From Carpediemonas membranifera BICM (lineage: Eukaryota > Protista > Fornicata): a stretch of DNA of 64,000 nt. The position numbers and the translations under genes are program-made. The DNA lies in contig JAHDYR010000028.1 of the NCBI GenBank assembly GCA_019828565.1, forward strand, positions 1 through 64,000, in the 5' to 3' direction. Position 1 is the first letter of the stretch, and each line of letters starts with the position of its first letter. Shown here piece by piece: positions 20,837 to 31,716 of the stretch. Under the pieces are notes generated by a model that saw nothing but the letters and a program-made list of their open reading frames with translations, was not told the DNA's origin and made no database searches.

Positions 20837-23800
20837 GTACACCATCCCAGAATCCTATGACCTCTGGGACCAGGGTCAAACTGGGATCCAACCCCCCGCC
20901 TCAACCGAAGCGGAGCGCTCCTGGGATCAGCGGGGGACGCAAGCCCCACGTATCCCGGTAGCACCCAGCCGCGGAAGGGGGACTCAACCCCGAACACTAA
21001 TCTCGCTAACACACAAACGCTCACCCATACTGGGAACGTAGACAACATTCAGCCGGCAGAACCGGCACACTCTTCACACGTATAAGAAATAACCCAGAGC
21101 CATAGGGCGGGGCACGTATGCACATGTATACACGTACGTGCGAGGTATCGGGGCGCAGCAGCCAAACAGGAGGGTAACCATAAGGCAACAATACCACCTG
21201 GGCGGCACCTGGACCAAATCAGAGCTGCGCCGAACGGCCCGGCACCCAAAACTTGGAACCAGCCGGAAGCTAGGAAGAAGCCCTATTGGGAACAAATCCT
21301 TGAGGAGGGGATCCATGCCGGAACGGAAAGTGTGGAAGAGCCCGAACGCAGCCGTGAATCATATAGCTACCCAGCGATGATCGGTGGGTTTCATAACTGG
21401 CCCAATTGCGTGGTACGGCAAACGCCAAGCCCGAAACCGCTTCGGCGGGTGCCTGAAAAATTGCAAACTGGGTCGAATGGTATGGAGAACATATCCCTGA
21501 GAGGAGCCCTGTAGGGAAAGCGAGCAGAAGGCCCCGGTGGCGGGTGTGCAGGGCAAGGCCTTGCGGGTGCCAGGCAGAACGGGGGCCCGAAGGACCCCCA
21601 AGAGTAAGACCTGGGTTATCCCGACTTTGGGGGTATCGGGCCAGCCAGTTGATAGGTCAACATGCAAGGGACTACCCAGCCTTACCAGCTGGACCCTGAC
21701 GGTGATGGTGCTAACGCCCCCAACGTAGTATCAGGCTCGCTCACGAAGGGAAGTCAACACGCTAAGGCGTTCCCGGGGACATGGGGTGGTGCAAACTGGT
21801 AATTCCCTGATTTACACAGGTGTACAGGATACGTTAAATTTCTTTCTTTCTAGGGACCCATAGTGTCGATGGAGACGGCCACGAACGGGTCAGAGGAGAA
21901 CGTAGGACGCAGGGTAGAAGTCGTCTTCTTGGCTGTCTCGCGGACCTTCTGACAGATGGGGCATGAGGCAATAAAGCCCTTGATGTCATCCAGCATGTTG
22001 GTCCATTCGATGCCGCGGAGTTTGAGGCGCTCCATGGTGGTCACGGCGCCCATATGGCCGGCGACAGGACCATGCACGGACTCAATGTCCACATGATGGT
22101 CAGACAGGGAAGTGACAGCCTTGAGACAGCGAGAGAGGACATCTGCGGCCGCGTTGTCGAGGCCGGGGATGTGATGAATCACGAAGACATACTCTTGGAG
22201 ACGGAGGCTCCAGCGCACGACCTTCGGGGTCTCACTGCGCGACATGTAGATCAAGTTCTTATGATCGGTCTGGACCTCGAAGAACTGGCCTCGGATGAAC
22301 GGATCGAACTTGGTGATGGCGAAGAAGATTCCATATGCTTCTTGCTCGATCGTGGCCCAAGCTGACTCAGTCATCGTGAAGCGGCGCGAGACGAAGGCGA
22401 CAGGTGCCTCCCTTGCCGGAGACGGGATCTTGCTGCGCGAGGAGAGCGCCACAGCCGAGCGAAGAAGCGTCGGTCTTGATCACCAGGGGCTTCGAGTAGT
22501 CTGGGAAAGATAGGAGGGGTGTCTGGACGATAGCGCGCTTGACGGTGTCCCAAGCAGTCTGTTCGGACTCACCCCACTCGAAAACGGTCTTGGAGCCGCA
22601 GAGGTCGTACAGGGGAGCCATGATACGGGCGAAATCTGCGACATGGTCACGGTAATAGTTCGCGAGACCGCAGAAGCTTCGCAGCTCGGAGGGGTTTGAC
22701 GGAACGGTCATTGAGCCGAGGGCTTCCTTGCGCCAGCTGGAGATGCTGATGCCCTGTGAGCAGACCGTGTGGCCGACGAACTCGAGCTCGGTGCGGAGGA
22801 AGACGCACTTGCTCAGCTTCAGGCGTAAGTTGTGGGCGCGGACGAGTTCGAAGACCTGATGCAGAAGGGAGTTGTGGCCCTCGATCGTAGACGCGTGTAC
22901 GATGACATCATCAAGGTAGCACTCGACCCCGCGGCCCAAGAGTGGAGCTAAGATCCGCATCATGCCTCGCTGGAAGTAGGAAGGCGCGTTCTTGAGACCG
23001 AAGGGGACTCTAACGAACTCGTACAGGCCGTTGTGCGTGGCAAATGCAGTCCGAGGAACAGCTGTTGCGTCGAGGGGGAACTGGTGGTAGCAGCTGCGCA
23101 GGTCAAGCGTGGTGAAGTACTTGCTGCCATTCAGGCGAGACAAGATGGACTTAATGTTCTGCAGGGGGAATCGGAAGTCGCGGCTGACTGAGTTGAGGAG
23201 GCGGTAGTCTACGACCATCCTATGTTCACCGTTCGTCTTTGGCACGACGAAGCAAGGGGCGGAGTAAGCCGACTCCGATAGGCGGATGATGCCAGCCTCA
23301 AGGAGGGCCTCGACCTCTCGATCGATGACCTCAGTCATGGCCGGGGAGAGCCGGCGAGGGGGAACGTGGGTCGGAGTTTCGTCCGTGACGGCGATCTCCA
23401 TAGGCTGAACCTTGGCAGGCTCACGAGGGATGGGACCGAAGATGTCTTCGAACTCGCGAGCGAGGGCTGCGACGTTTTCATCGAGCTCGATCTGGCCATC
23501 TTCGTCAAGGGGTGTAACCTCGCCGAGGTCCTGAGGCTCAGTCGCGGGAGGAGCCAGTAGGTTGAACGTTTGGATCACGTCGAACCCAAGGATGAGGGGC
23601 TCACCGGTGTCGAGGACGTGGGCGCTGATAGTACCTCCGACTGAGTGGGGAGACCTGTTGACCTTGATGTCAAGGAGCGTGCGATGGGCAGACGTGGCGA
23701 TGCCATTGGCCGTGCTTATCTTGAGCTCATCAGGGATCATGACCAGGCCCAGAGACTTGGCCAGCACTGGGCTGATGAAGGATGAGGAGGCGCCTGTGTC

Positions 23801-24717
23801 GACCAGGGCGTCGACGCGGTCGGTGCTCTGGGGAGCAGGGGAGCCGACGGGCGCGAAGGCTCGTACGTTGGTGCTGAGGCGCATGACTTGTCCGCTTGTT
23901 GCCATCTTCAGAGAGATGGGCGTCGTCCGGCGGCCCGTAGCGAAGAAGCCGGGCTTGGACTTGTTGGGGCAGTCAGGCCTAAGGTGGCCGGGAGGCCGCA
24001 TCCATGGCAGACAGGCTGCGGCTTGGCAGGGGTACCGGCAGGCTTATGGTTGTCTGGTTTGTTGGATGGGAAGTGGGGAGCAGGCGCTGCGGTAGCGTGA
24101 GGACGAGTGGGGTGGAAGCTCGGAGGCGGACGTGTGGCCTGAGGGCGCGGGGCCTCGGGCTGACCGAACTCGGCGATGGTGCGCTTGGCCTCAGCCAAGG
24201 TCTCGACCTCTTGGAAGGCGGCACGCTTGGCGTTGGCGAGCGTCTCAGGTTCGGAGGCCTTGACCCGGCGGCGCAGTGAATCTGGGGACAGTCCGCGGAT
24301 GAAAGTGCGGCGTAGTGTCTTCTCGTCGGGGAGGTAAGTGGAACAGAGGTCCTCGACGCGGTCGAACCTGTCGAGGTAGGCGAGCAGAGCGCTGTTGCTG
24401 GCCGTCGTGGAGGACATGGCGGTTGCTTCCAGCTTAGACAGAACGGCCTGAGTGCTCTTGGGAGCGAAGAAAGCGGAGTAGATCGCCGACAGGACGTTTT
24501 CATCTGGAAGGTCGTCAAAGTTGTCAATGCGAAGGCGGATCAGGCGTAAGACACGGCTGAAAATGAGCATACGGACAGATAGTGCTCTGTCGTCGGGAAC
24601 TTGGGCGGAATAGGCCTCGAACTTGTCGTTGAAGCTGCAGAAGGCCGTTTCGGAACGAATGTCGTTGAGAAAAGGGGCTGAAATCGTTTGATAGTCCATG
24701 GCGGTGAGTAAGATTAC

Positions 24718-24793
24718 TGTGGCCAAATAAAGAGAACTAATGACGAAGTGAGGTTTATTCGAAACCCGATCAAGGGCAAAAATGGTTATAACA
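24718..24793 (-). repeat. G3 5' LTR (76 bp)
   Basis: TGTTA...GCCACA on the minus strand, 18 nt upstream of the Gag ATG; flanked by interrupted G4 pol. Confidence 0.7.
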
Positions 24794-26370
24794 AAAATTG
24801 CCCAACAAACGACGAGCTGATGATCGATGTCAAGATCAACGGCCAGACTACCCGAGCCAAGGTCGACCCGGGCGCCACCGTGAGCTGCATCAGCGAGGGC
24901 ACCGTAGCGACACTGCAGAAGATCGTGCCTCTGAGCACGGCACCGTCCAGCGTCGTGGCACTCAACGCGTCCCAAGAGGTCATCACGACGGGCCTCGCGC
25001 TTGTGGTCAACCTCGAGCTCACCTCCCTGGACTGTAGGCCGTCCTTCGAGGCCCAGCCACTCAGCATCATCCGCGGTCAGCACCACAAAGTCCTTATAGG
25101 CGCGGACATACTCACGACCCTAGGCCTTATGAACGCGCAGGGCATTCACATCGACCTACGCCGCGACGACGACGATGAGGACAACGACAGACTCCCCGAT
25201 CACTCCTACCTGGACACACAGCCCCCGAGCCGTGTCGACGACGTCTCTAATGGTGACAACGCGACTCACGCGGTCGACGAGGTCCACATTAACCCCGATT
25301 TCCCGAAGGTACAGGAACTCAAGGCCATCATCGTCAACCACCAGGCCGTCTTTGGTCCGTTTGACCCAGGTGGAGCAGATCTTCCACCCGTCACCATCAA
25401 GCTCAAGCCCGGTGCCCGCCTGCCGCACCAAAAGCCCAGGCCGCTGCACTCAGACGACCTGCGCGAGGTCCACAAACACTTTGACGAACTCAAAGAACGA
25501 GGCATCTGCAGAGACGCCGACGGCCCAGTGGCAAGCGCACTAGTGGTGGTCAGAAAGAAACCCAACGAGAAATGCGAGCGAGAGCTGCGCCCCTGTGGCG
25601 ACTACCGTCAGCTTAACGAGGCTACGGTACCCGACTCCTTCCCCATGGCTAACGCAAAGGCGTTCCTAGCCGACGTAGCCGGCTCCCAGTGGTTCTTCAC
25701 CGCCGACGTTAAGCAGGGCTTCCACCAACAACCGATGTGCCCGGACGACATATACCTAACGGCGATCACGATGCCAGGAAGGTTTTTCGAGTACAAATTT
25801 GCACCCTTTGGCCTCAGGAACCTCCCAAGTCAATTTCAACGAGGCATGGCGGACGCCATCTCAGACCTCGCCAAGGATGAGACTCACAACTACGTTGACG
25901 ACGTGTTTGGCCGGGCGTGCACACCCGAGGAGCTCTGCGCCAGAGTAGAACGCTTCCTGGACAGGATGGAGCTGCGACACATACGTCTTAAGCCCTCGAA
26001 GTGCTTCTTCGACTATCCAGAGGTCGAGGTACTAGGCACTATTGTCACCCCGGACGGCCTCAAGGTCGCCCCTGCCCGCATAAGCAGCATCATGGGCATC
26101 CAGCCTCCCTCGTGCGTCACCGCACTCCGAGCATTCATTGGCCAGATCGCCTACATCGCAACGTTCATGCCAGACACCCAGCGCATTCTCAAGCCCCTAC
26201 ACACTGCTGTCTCACAGGGAGACCCTCTCCAGTGGGGCCCCGACCAGGTGAAGGCGTTCGATGACATCAAGGAACTGCTCACGGGTGAGATGATGCTGGT
26301 ACACCCGGATCTTGAGAAGCCCTGGGTACTCGAGACCGACGCCAGCCTCATAGGTGTCGGTGGGGTCCTG
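24794..26370 (+). pseudogene. Gypsy pol fragment G4: protease, RT, start of RNase H
   Basis: VDPGA, DYRQLN, PFGLRN, YVDD, ETDAS; truncated at both ends. Confidence 0.88.
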
Positions 26371-27765
26371 TGGTAGTCAAGCGTCGAGTCTTGCTCCTGG
26401 TCGTACAGTACCGTCCACGGGGACATGCCCGTGGTACTATTCTTCGTCGAATTAAGGATGAACTGAGCGTGTGGAATCAGTTTCGTCCAGTCACGTGTCT
26501 TGCACTCCGTCATAAGGCACTTCAGATGCTTCTTCAGTTCCGCGTTCTGACGTTCGACGACGCCTTGCGACGCCGGTCGGTACGGCGTACCGATATGATG
26601 TTTCATCGATAGCTTCTCCACCATGGTGTCGACGAGCTGATTTCGGTATTGGGACCCGCCGTCTGTATGGATTAAACGGGGTATACCGTAGTGGGCGACC
26701 CATTGTAATAGGGCCTCAGCTGCCTCTGCCGCAGTCGTGGAGTGGGTGGGGTATAACATCGTAAGCTTGGAGAACGTGTCGATGGCCACCACGATGTGGC
26801 GGTAACCGCCGTCAGATTCAGGTAGGGGTCCAACAGTGTCTAGTTGTACTACGTCAAATGGAAGGCGTCCCATCGTCGAATGCCGGTCCTGCGGCACTCG
26901 CTCAGCTGTCTGCCGATGGACTTGGCAGACCGGGCAGGCCTTGACGAACTGTTTCACCTCGTTGTACATCCCCTTCCACGTGTCTCCTCTTTCAATCAGG
27001 CGTTGTAGGGTAGCCCGAATGCCCAGATGTCCTTGTAAACCCCCATGTATGCTTTCGATCAGGTCAGTATGGCTCGTATCGGCACTTTGTAGGTGTACTA
27101 GACGGGACAAGCCGTCTGCACCGCCGTTGGCCACTCCTGGCACGTGTTCCACGGAATAGTTGAACCGTGCCATGGCCAGATGCCACCTAACCACCTTAGC
27201 GTTGGCAGAGGTGACCAGGTAGAGCAGATTTTTGTGGTCAGTGCGCACAACAAACTCTCGTCCGATCAGTAGTCGCTCTGCCTTCTGCATTGCGAAATAA
27301 ATCGCGAACGCCTCCTTCTCATACGTCGACCATCGGCGTTGAATAGCGTCGAATGTCTTCGAGTAAAAGGCGATCGGACTGGGACCTGACGCGGATTCTT
27401 GCATCAGTACGGCACCTGCTGCGACGTCACTTGCGTCGGTCTGCAATATCAGCTTCGACCCAGGCTTGGGGTGTACGAGCATTCTGTTGTCCAGCAGGCA
27501 GGTCTTGACGCGCTCAAATGCGTCTTGTTGGTCTGGTCCCCACTCAAACTTCCTGTTGGCCCGGGTGAGGGCCGCAAGGGGCTCAGCTATGTCCGCGTAG
27601 CGCTTAATCATGGGGAGGAAGTAGTTAACAGTCTCCAAGAGCGTACGAAGCGTCGACAGGTCACGGGGGGGGGGTGCAAGATCGTGAATTCCTTGCAGGC
27701 GATCCTCTGCGATCCTCTTGCCGTCGGCGCTAACGGTCCATCCTAGATAATCGATCTCGGACGCA
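26371..27765 (-). pseudogene. Gypsy pol fragment G8: end of RT, RNase H, integrase
   Basis: QTDASD, TDHKNL, GHLG..CPVCQ, DTVGP, TDGG, VER; fused tail-to-tail with G4. Confidence 0.85.
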
Positions 27766-30700
27766 GCCGTCCCCCGTCAGTGACCCACTCGAGTGGCGCC
27801 GGGAAGTGCGTGAGGTAGCGTTCCCTGATCGCATGTATGGTGTCTGCTGACGACACTGTCCGCAGTGGGCACAACGTCGTCCACCTCGTCGTCTCCTCAA
27901 CCACAACCAGGATGTTCTTATATCCGCGGTCGGGCTCGGCCATCACGATGGTGTCTGCGAACACCCGACTGAACGGCGCTGCGGGGAGCCGCACCTGTTC
28001 CTGGTAGGTGTCTGGCGTGTGTCGCTGGGCCGCCTTTTGGCAGACCGTGCAGTTCTTCACCATCAGTTTGACGTCCGTGTCCACTGTGTCCCATGCAAGC
28101 CCGCGCTCTCTCAACTTCCAGACGGTCTGCTCCACGCCATGGTGGCCCACGCCAAGGCCATGTACCTCCTTGAACCTGGCACTCTTCTGACTCTCGGGTA
28201 TCTGTGCGCCGGTCGTCTCTGTCCTGGGCTCAACACGGAACAAGACTCGTGTCTGCAGTTCGCTGGTCTGCTCTTCTTCCTCTTCGTCGACTTCATCCCT
28301 CTCCGTGCGGTCCGCGGAGGAGAGCATGGCCACAACCTCGTGCTGTTCGGCTGCGGTCAGCTGCTCTGCGTCTGCCGGAGACATTCTCGAGAGCCCGTCT
28401 GCCACACCGTTGGACTCGCCTGGGACGTGGGTGACGCTGAACTTCATGGTGGCGAGCTCAAGCGCCCATCGCTTGACCATAGGGTCGGTATTACCCCACG
28501 TGTACGTCAAGTTCCGGTGGTCCGTGAACAGCTCGAACACTCTCGTCGCCAGGTAGCGCCGCAGCTTCCTCGTGGCCGCGACGATGGCGTACGCCTCCTT
28601 GCGGTATGTGCTCCACTTCCGCTGGCTGCTGGTCAGGGCCTTCGAGAAGAAGCTGACAGGCCGCTTCGACCCATCCTCCTCCACCCTGACTAGGACCGCG
28701 CCGACCCCCGTGTCCGACGCGTCCGTGTACAGCTGCAGCCTGTCGTCCGGGCTGGGCGTCACCAGCATCTGTGGCGAAGTGATGATCTCCTTCAATCGCC
28801 TCAGAGCCTGCTGCTGGTCCGATCCCCACGCGAACTCCTGTCCCTTCAACTCGAGTTTCCTCACCGGTGCTGTGATGTCGGCGTAGCCCGGGATGAACTG
28901 CGAGAAGAAATTGAATATGCCCAGGGTCGACCGGACGTCGCTAACGTTCTTCGGGTCGGGCAGATCTAGGACACCCTGGATTCTCCACCGCGGGATGCGG
29001 CGGCCCTGCGCCGAGATGATCCAGCCCAAATACTCAATCTCTGTCAGGCCGAAGAAACACTTGTCCTGGTTGAGCCGGATCTTTCGTGACCTCACCCTGT
29101 CTATCACTCGTGACAAGTTCGCCTGGTACTCCTCCCACGTCGAGCCGAACACAACGATGTCGTCCACGTAGACCAGGCAGGCTGTGCCCACCAGGTCTGC
29201 GAAGGCCTCCTCGAGCGCCTCCTGCATGTGGCCGGCGGCTGTGGCCAGGCCGAACGGCATCGTCTGATATGTGTAATGCCCGCGTGCGTATGTGAACGCG
29301 AGGAACTCCTGGGTATCTGGGTGTACCGGCACCTGATGGAATGCTTTGCTCATGTCGAGCGTCGCGAAGTTCCCTTTCAACCTGTCGATCAGGTCGTCCG
29401 CCGAGGGTAGGTCATGCTGGACCTTCACGGCCAACAAGGCGTTCAACGGCGAGTAATCGATACATGGCCGCCACGTCCCCGCCTTCTTTCTGACCATCAC
29501 GACTGAGCTGCTCCACGGCGAGTTAGAGGGGATGATGCCGCTCTCCTCCAGCTTCTTCATCTCGGCATCGAGCTCCCTCGCCACCTGCTCGGGGAATCGG
29601 CGGGGCAGACGGAAATATGGTCTCGCGTCCTTCTTAATCTCGATACTGAATGGCTTCAGCAGTGCCGGTCCGTCTGCGTCACCGAAGCAGTCACTATAGC
29701 GCTCGGCCCAGCTCGCAGAGAGGCGAAGCGGTGACGTCTCGGTCCAGGTGGAGTGTCACCGGCAGGGGAGCGCTGACCTCGTAAATGCGCTTCTGGTCTC
29801 CGTTCGCCAAACGGACTGTCTTCCCGCGCTGTGACGTCTGAACGCCGTGTTCAGTCGCCCACGCACGTGGGATGATGTTATACGACGAACACGTGTCCAT
29901 GAAGACTGTCGACCTTGTGTCGTCGATCGTCGCCTGCTCGCGCCAGACCGTGGATGAAGACAAAATGAAACACTTATCGCCGTTTACACCTGAGTCTGCC
30001 TGGCACTCGCTGGACTTGTGTCCAAACTTCCCGCAGCGGAAGCAGCGGGGAGTGTCGTGGGGGCATTTGGCAGCGGTGTGCTGCAGGCTGCCGCAGTTGA
30101 AGCACCTCGGCTTCCTCTCCTCTGCGGCGGCCTGCTGGCGTGTCTTCTGTTCGACGGGGTTGGTCTCACGGTCAGGGGTCTGGGGTCCGGCGTCGGTGCG
30201 TTCCGTTATATGAGCGGAGCGCTCTCTGGTCTGACTAGTCTGTGCCGCCGGTACGAGGTCGAACTCACGCATGGCAGCCGCGCGAGCTCGAATGTGCCTT
30301 CCGGCAAATCTGAGGCTTGACTTCACCGACTTCGCGGCCAGAATAACGCGAATGGCGTCCTCGCCAAGGTTTTGCGTCGAGAGGGCATCGACAACGATCT
30401 GTTGAAGCTGCTCGACATCGAGCTTCCGTTCGGATTCAAAGAGCTTCACGCTGGCGAGGAACTGACGGCGGTATGCCGCTACAGCTGTAGGACTGTTGGC
30501 GGAGGGATGAACAGCCCTCAGGGTACGGTACATCCCTGCTGCCGATAACTCGTGGACGAGTGTCTTCCTTATCATGGCCCTCCAGCGCTTGTCGCGCTGT
30601 TTGGACTGGACTCGTTTCCTGTCCGTCTTCGCCTCTCGCTCGACCATGTAGGTCAGGAGCGCGGCGGCGGCTGCATCAGTGGAGGTCTTCGGCTGTACTT

Positions 30701-31190
30701 CGTCTTCTTCTTCTTCGTCGTCGTCGTCATCTTCGTCTTCTTCGTCTTCGTCAATTTCGTCGTTGTATTCTGCATCCTCCTCGTCCTCATCGTCGTCGTC
30801 CTCTGTATCATAGTCGCTGTCGTCTTCCTCAATTGCCTCGAAGCGGTCCAGTATCAGTGTGCGAGTTTTGCCGGAGATGCAGGCAAACAGTGACTTCGGT
30901 TTGAGGGCTGCCTCGGCATAGATGTCATACTCGTGTTCGAACTTCACCCAGCTCTGTACATCGTGGTGAGCGTACACTGGATGCTTGCAGCACGGAGTTG
31001 AGTTGTGTAATTGTTATGAGTAATTTCGTGAGCGTGAGGAGCAACATGTAGCGGCCGACGAATGAATAAAGCTGTATTAATAAAATAAGGTAAGGTAAGG
31101 TAAGGTACCTTCCTTTTTTCGAGTTGCCGGAATCTGCTCCACGCATGTTGTCGCCACCGTTGCCTCCACCGCGGCCGATATTGCCGCCAC
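27766..31190 (-). mobile_element. Truncated gypsy element G5: acidic Gag with two CCHC knuckles, protease, RT, RNase H, partial integrase
   Basis: CFNCGSLQHTAAKC, CFRCGKFGHKSSEC, MDTCS, YVDD, YTDAS, VTDGG; no LTR visible. Confidence 0.85.
30996..31104 (+). mobile_element. 109-bp insertion ending in AATAAA plus (TAAGG)4, probable 3' end of a retroposed element
   Basis: Its removal restores the G5 gag frame (KGRY|PCCKHPVYAH); two AATAAA and a pentamer tail. Confidence 0.55.
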
Positions 31191-31211
31191 CACCGTGTGT
31201 ATTTACGTAAA

Positions 31212-31575
31212 ACCGTTTATATATAATATAATACCCAGTGCTCAGAAATTAAGGGGGGTATCTTGCGTGACCCATGAGGTCTCGCGCATCGGCGGGAGTT
31301 AAGCTCCGCCAAGGTCGCCTTCACCAGCGAAACGGCCAGCACCAATCTGGCTCTTCTTGCAGGCAGGCGTCTGAGGAATGCCTTCGTCTTGACTAGGTTG
31401 CATAGTCATAAGGGCGCATGTGTTGATATTTGAGCCATGAGGTTGAGAATGACGAGTTCAACGTCGTAGTGTTTGTATTGCTTCGCCTTGGTGCGTTTGG
31501 CCTCTGGTGATGTGCTGCCACCAATGGTAAGGTCTAGAACCGTAGGGTGTTTGCCAGTGGGCGCGATGAGGACTG
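31212..31575 (-). mobile_element. 5'-truncated RLE-type (R2/CRE-like) non-LTR fragment with 21-bp TSD
   Basis: CACCGTGTGTATTTACGTAAA at 31191-31211 and 31576-31596; encodes VLDLTIG...KRTKAKQY, similar to a restriction-like endonuclease C-terminus. Confidence 0.6.
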
Positions 31576-31716
31576 CACCGTGTGTATTTACGTAAATCGA
31601 TTTATACACGTTTTTACGTATTTACACCTGTATGTCGATCACACACACGTCCATATCATCACCGATTGGTCAAATTTGTTCATATGTTTTTACCTGATTG
31701 CCGGAACGATCACTCC

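Larger units (their letters stand above)
11108..21851 (+). mobile_element. LINE-A: 10,744-bp APE-RT non-LTR retrotransposon with 16-bp TSD and AAA(TTTC)3 tail
   Basis: AGGGACCCATAGTGTC at 11092-11107 and 21852-21867; tail at 21836-21851; ORF2 with APE, RT and CCHC. Confidence 0.93.
10191..24793 (-). mobile_element. Chromovirus-type gypsy element G3, split in its integrase by LINE-A and in its chromodomain by G1
   Basis: Gag ATG at 24699; VDTGA protease; YLDD; RNase H; integrase SIDTMGP|FPEDD continuous across the LINE-A TSD; chromodomain FLIRWDGYG at about 10200. Confidence 0.9.

Noticed and set aside
23908-25086. 392-aa ORF spanning G3 gag and upstream sequence
   Set aside because: Chimeric read-through from antisense G4 and the LTR; the real Gag starts at ATG 24699.
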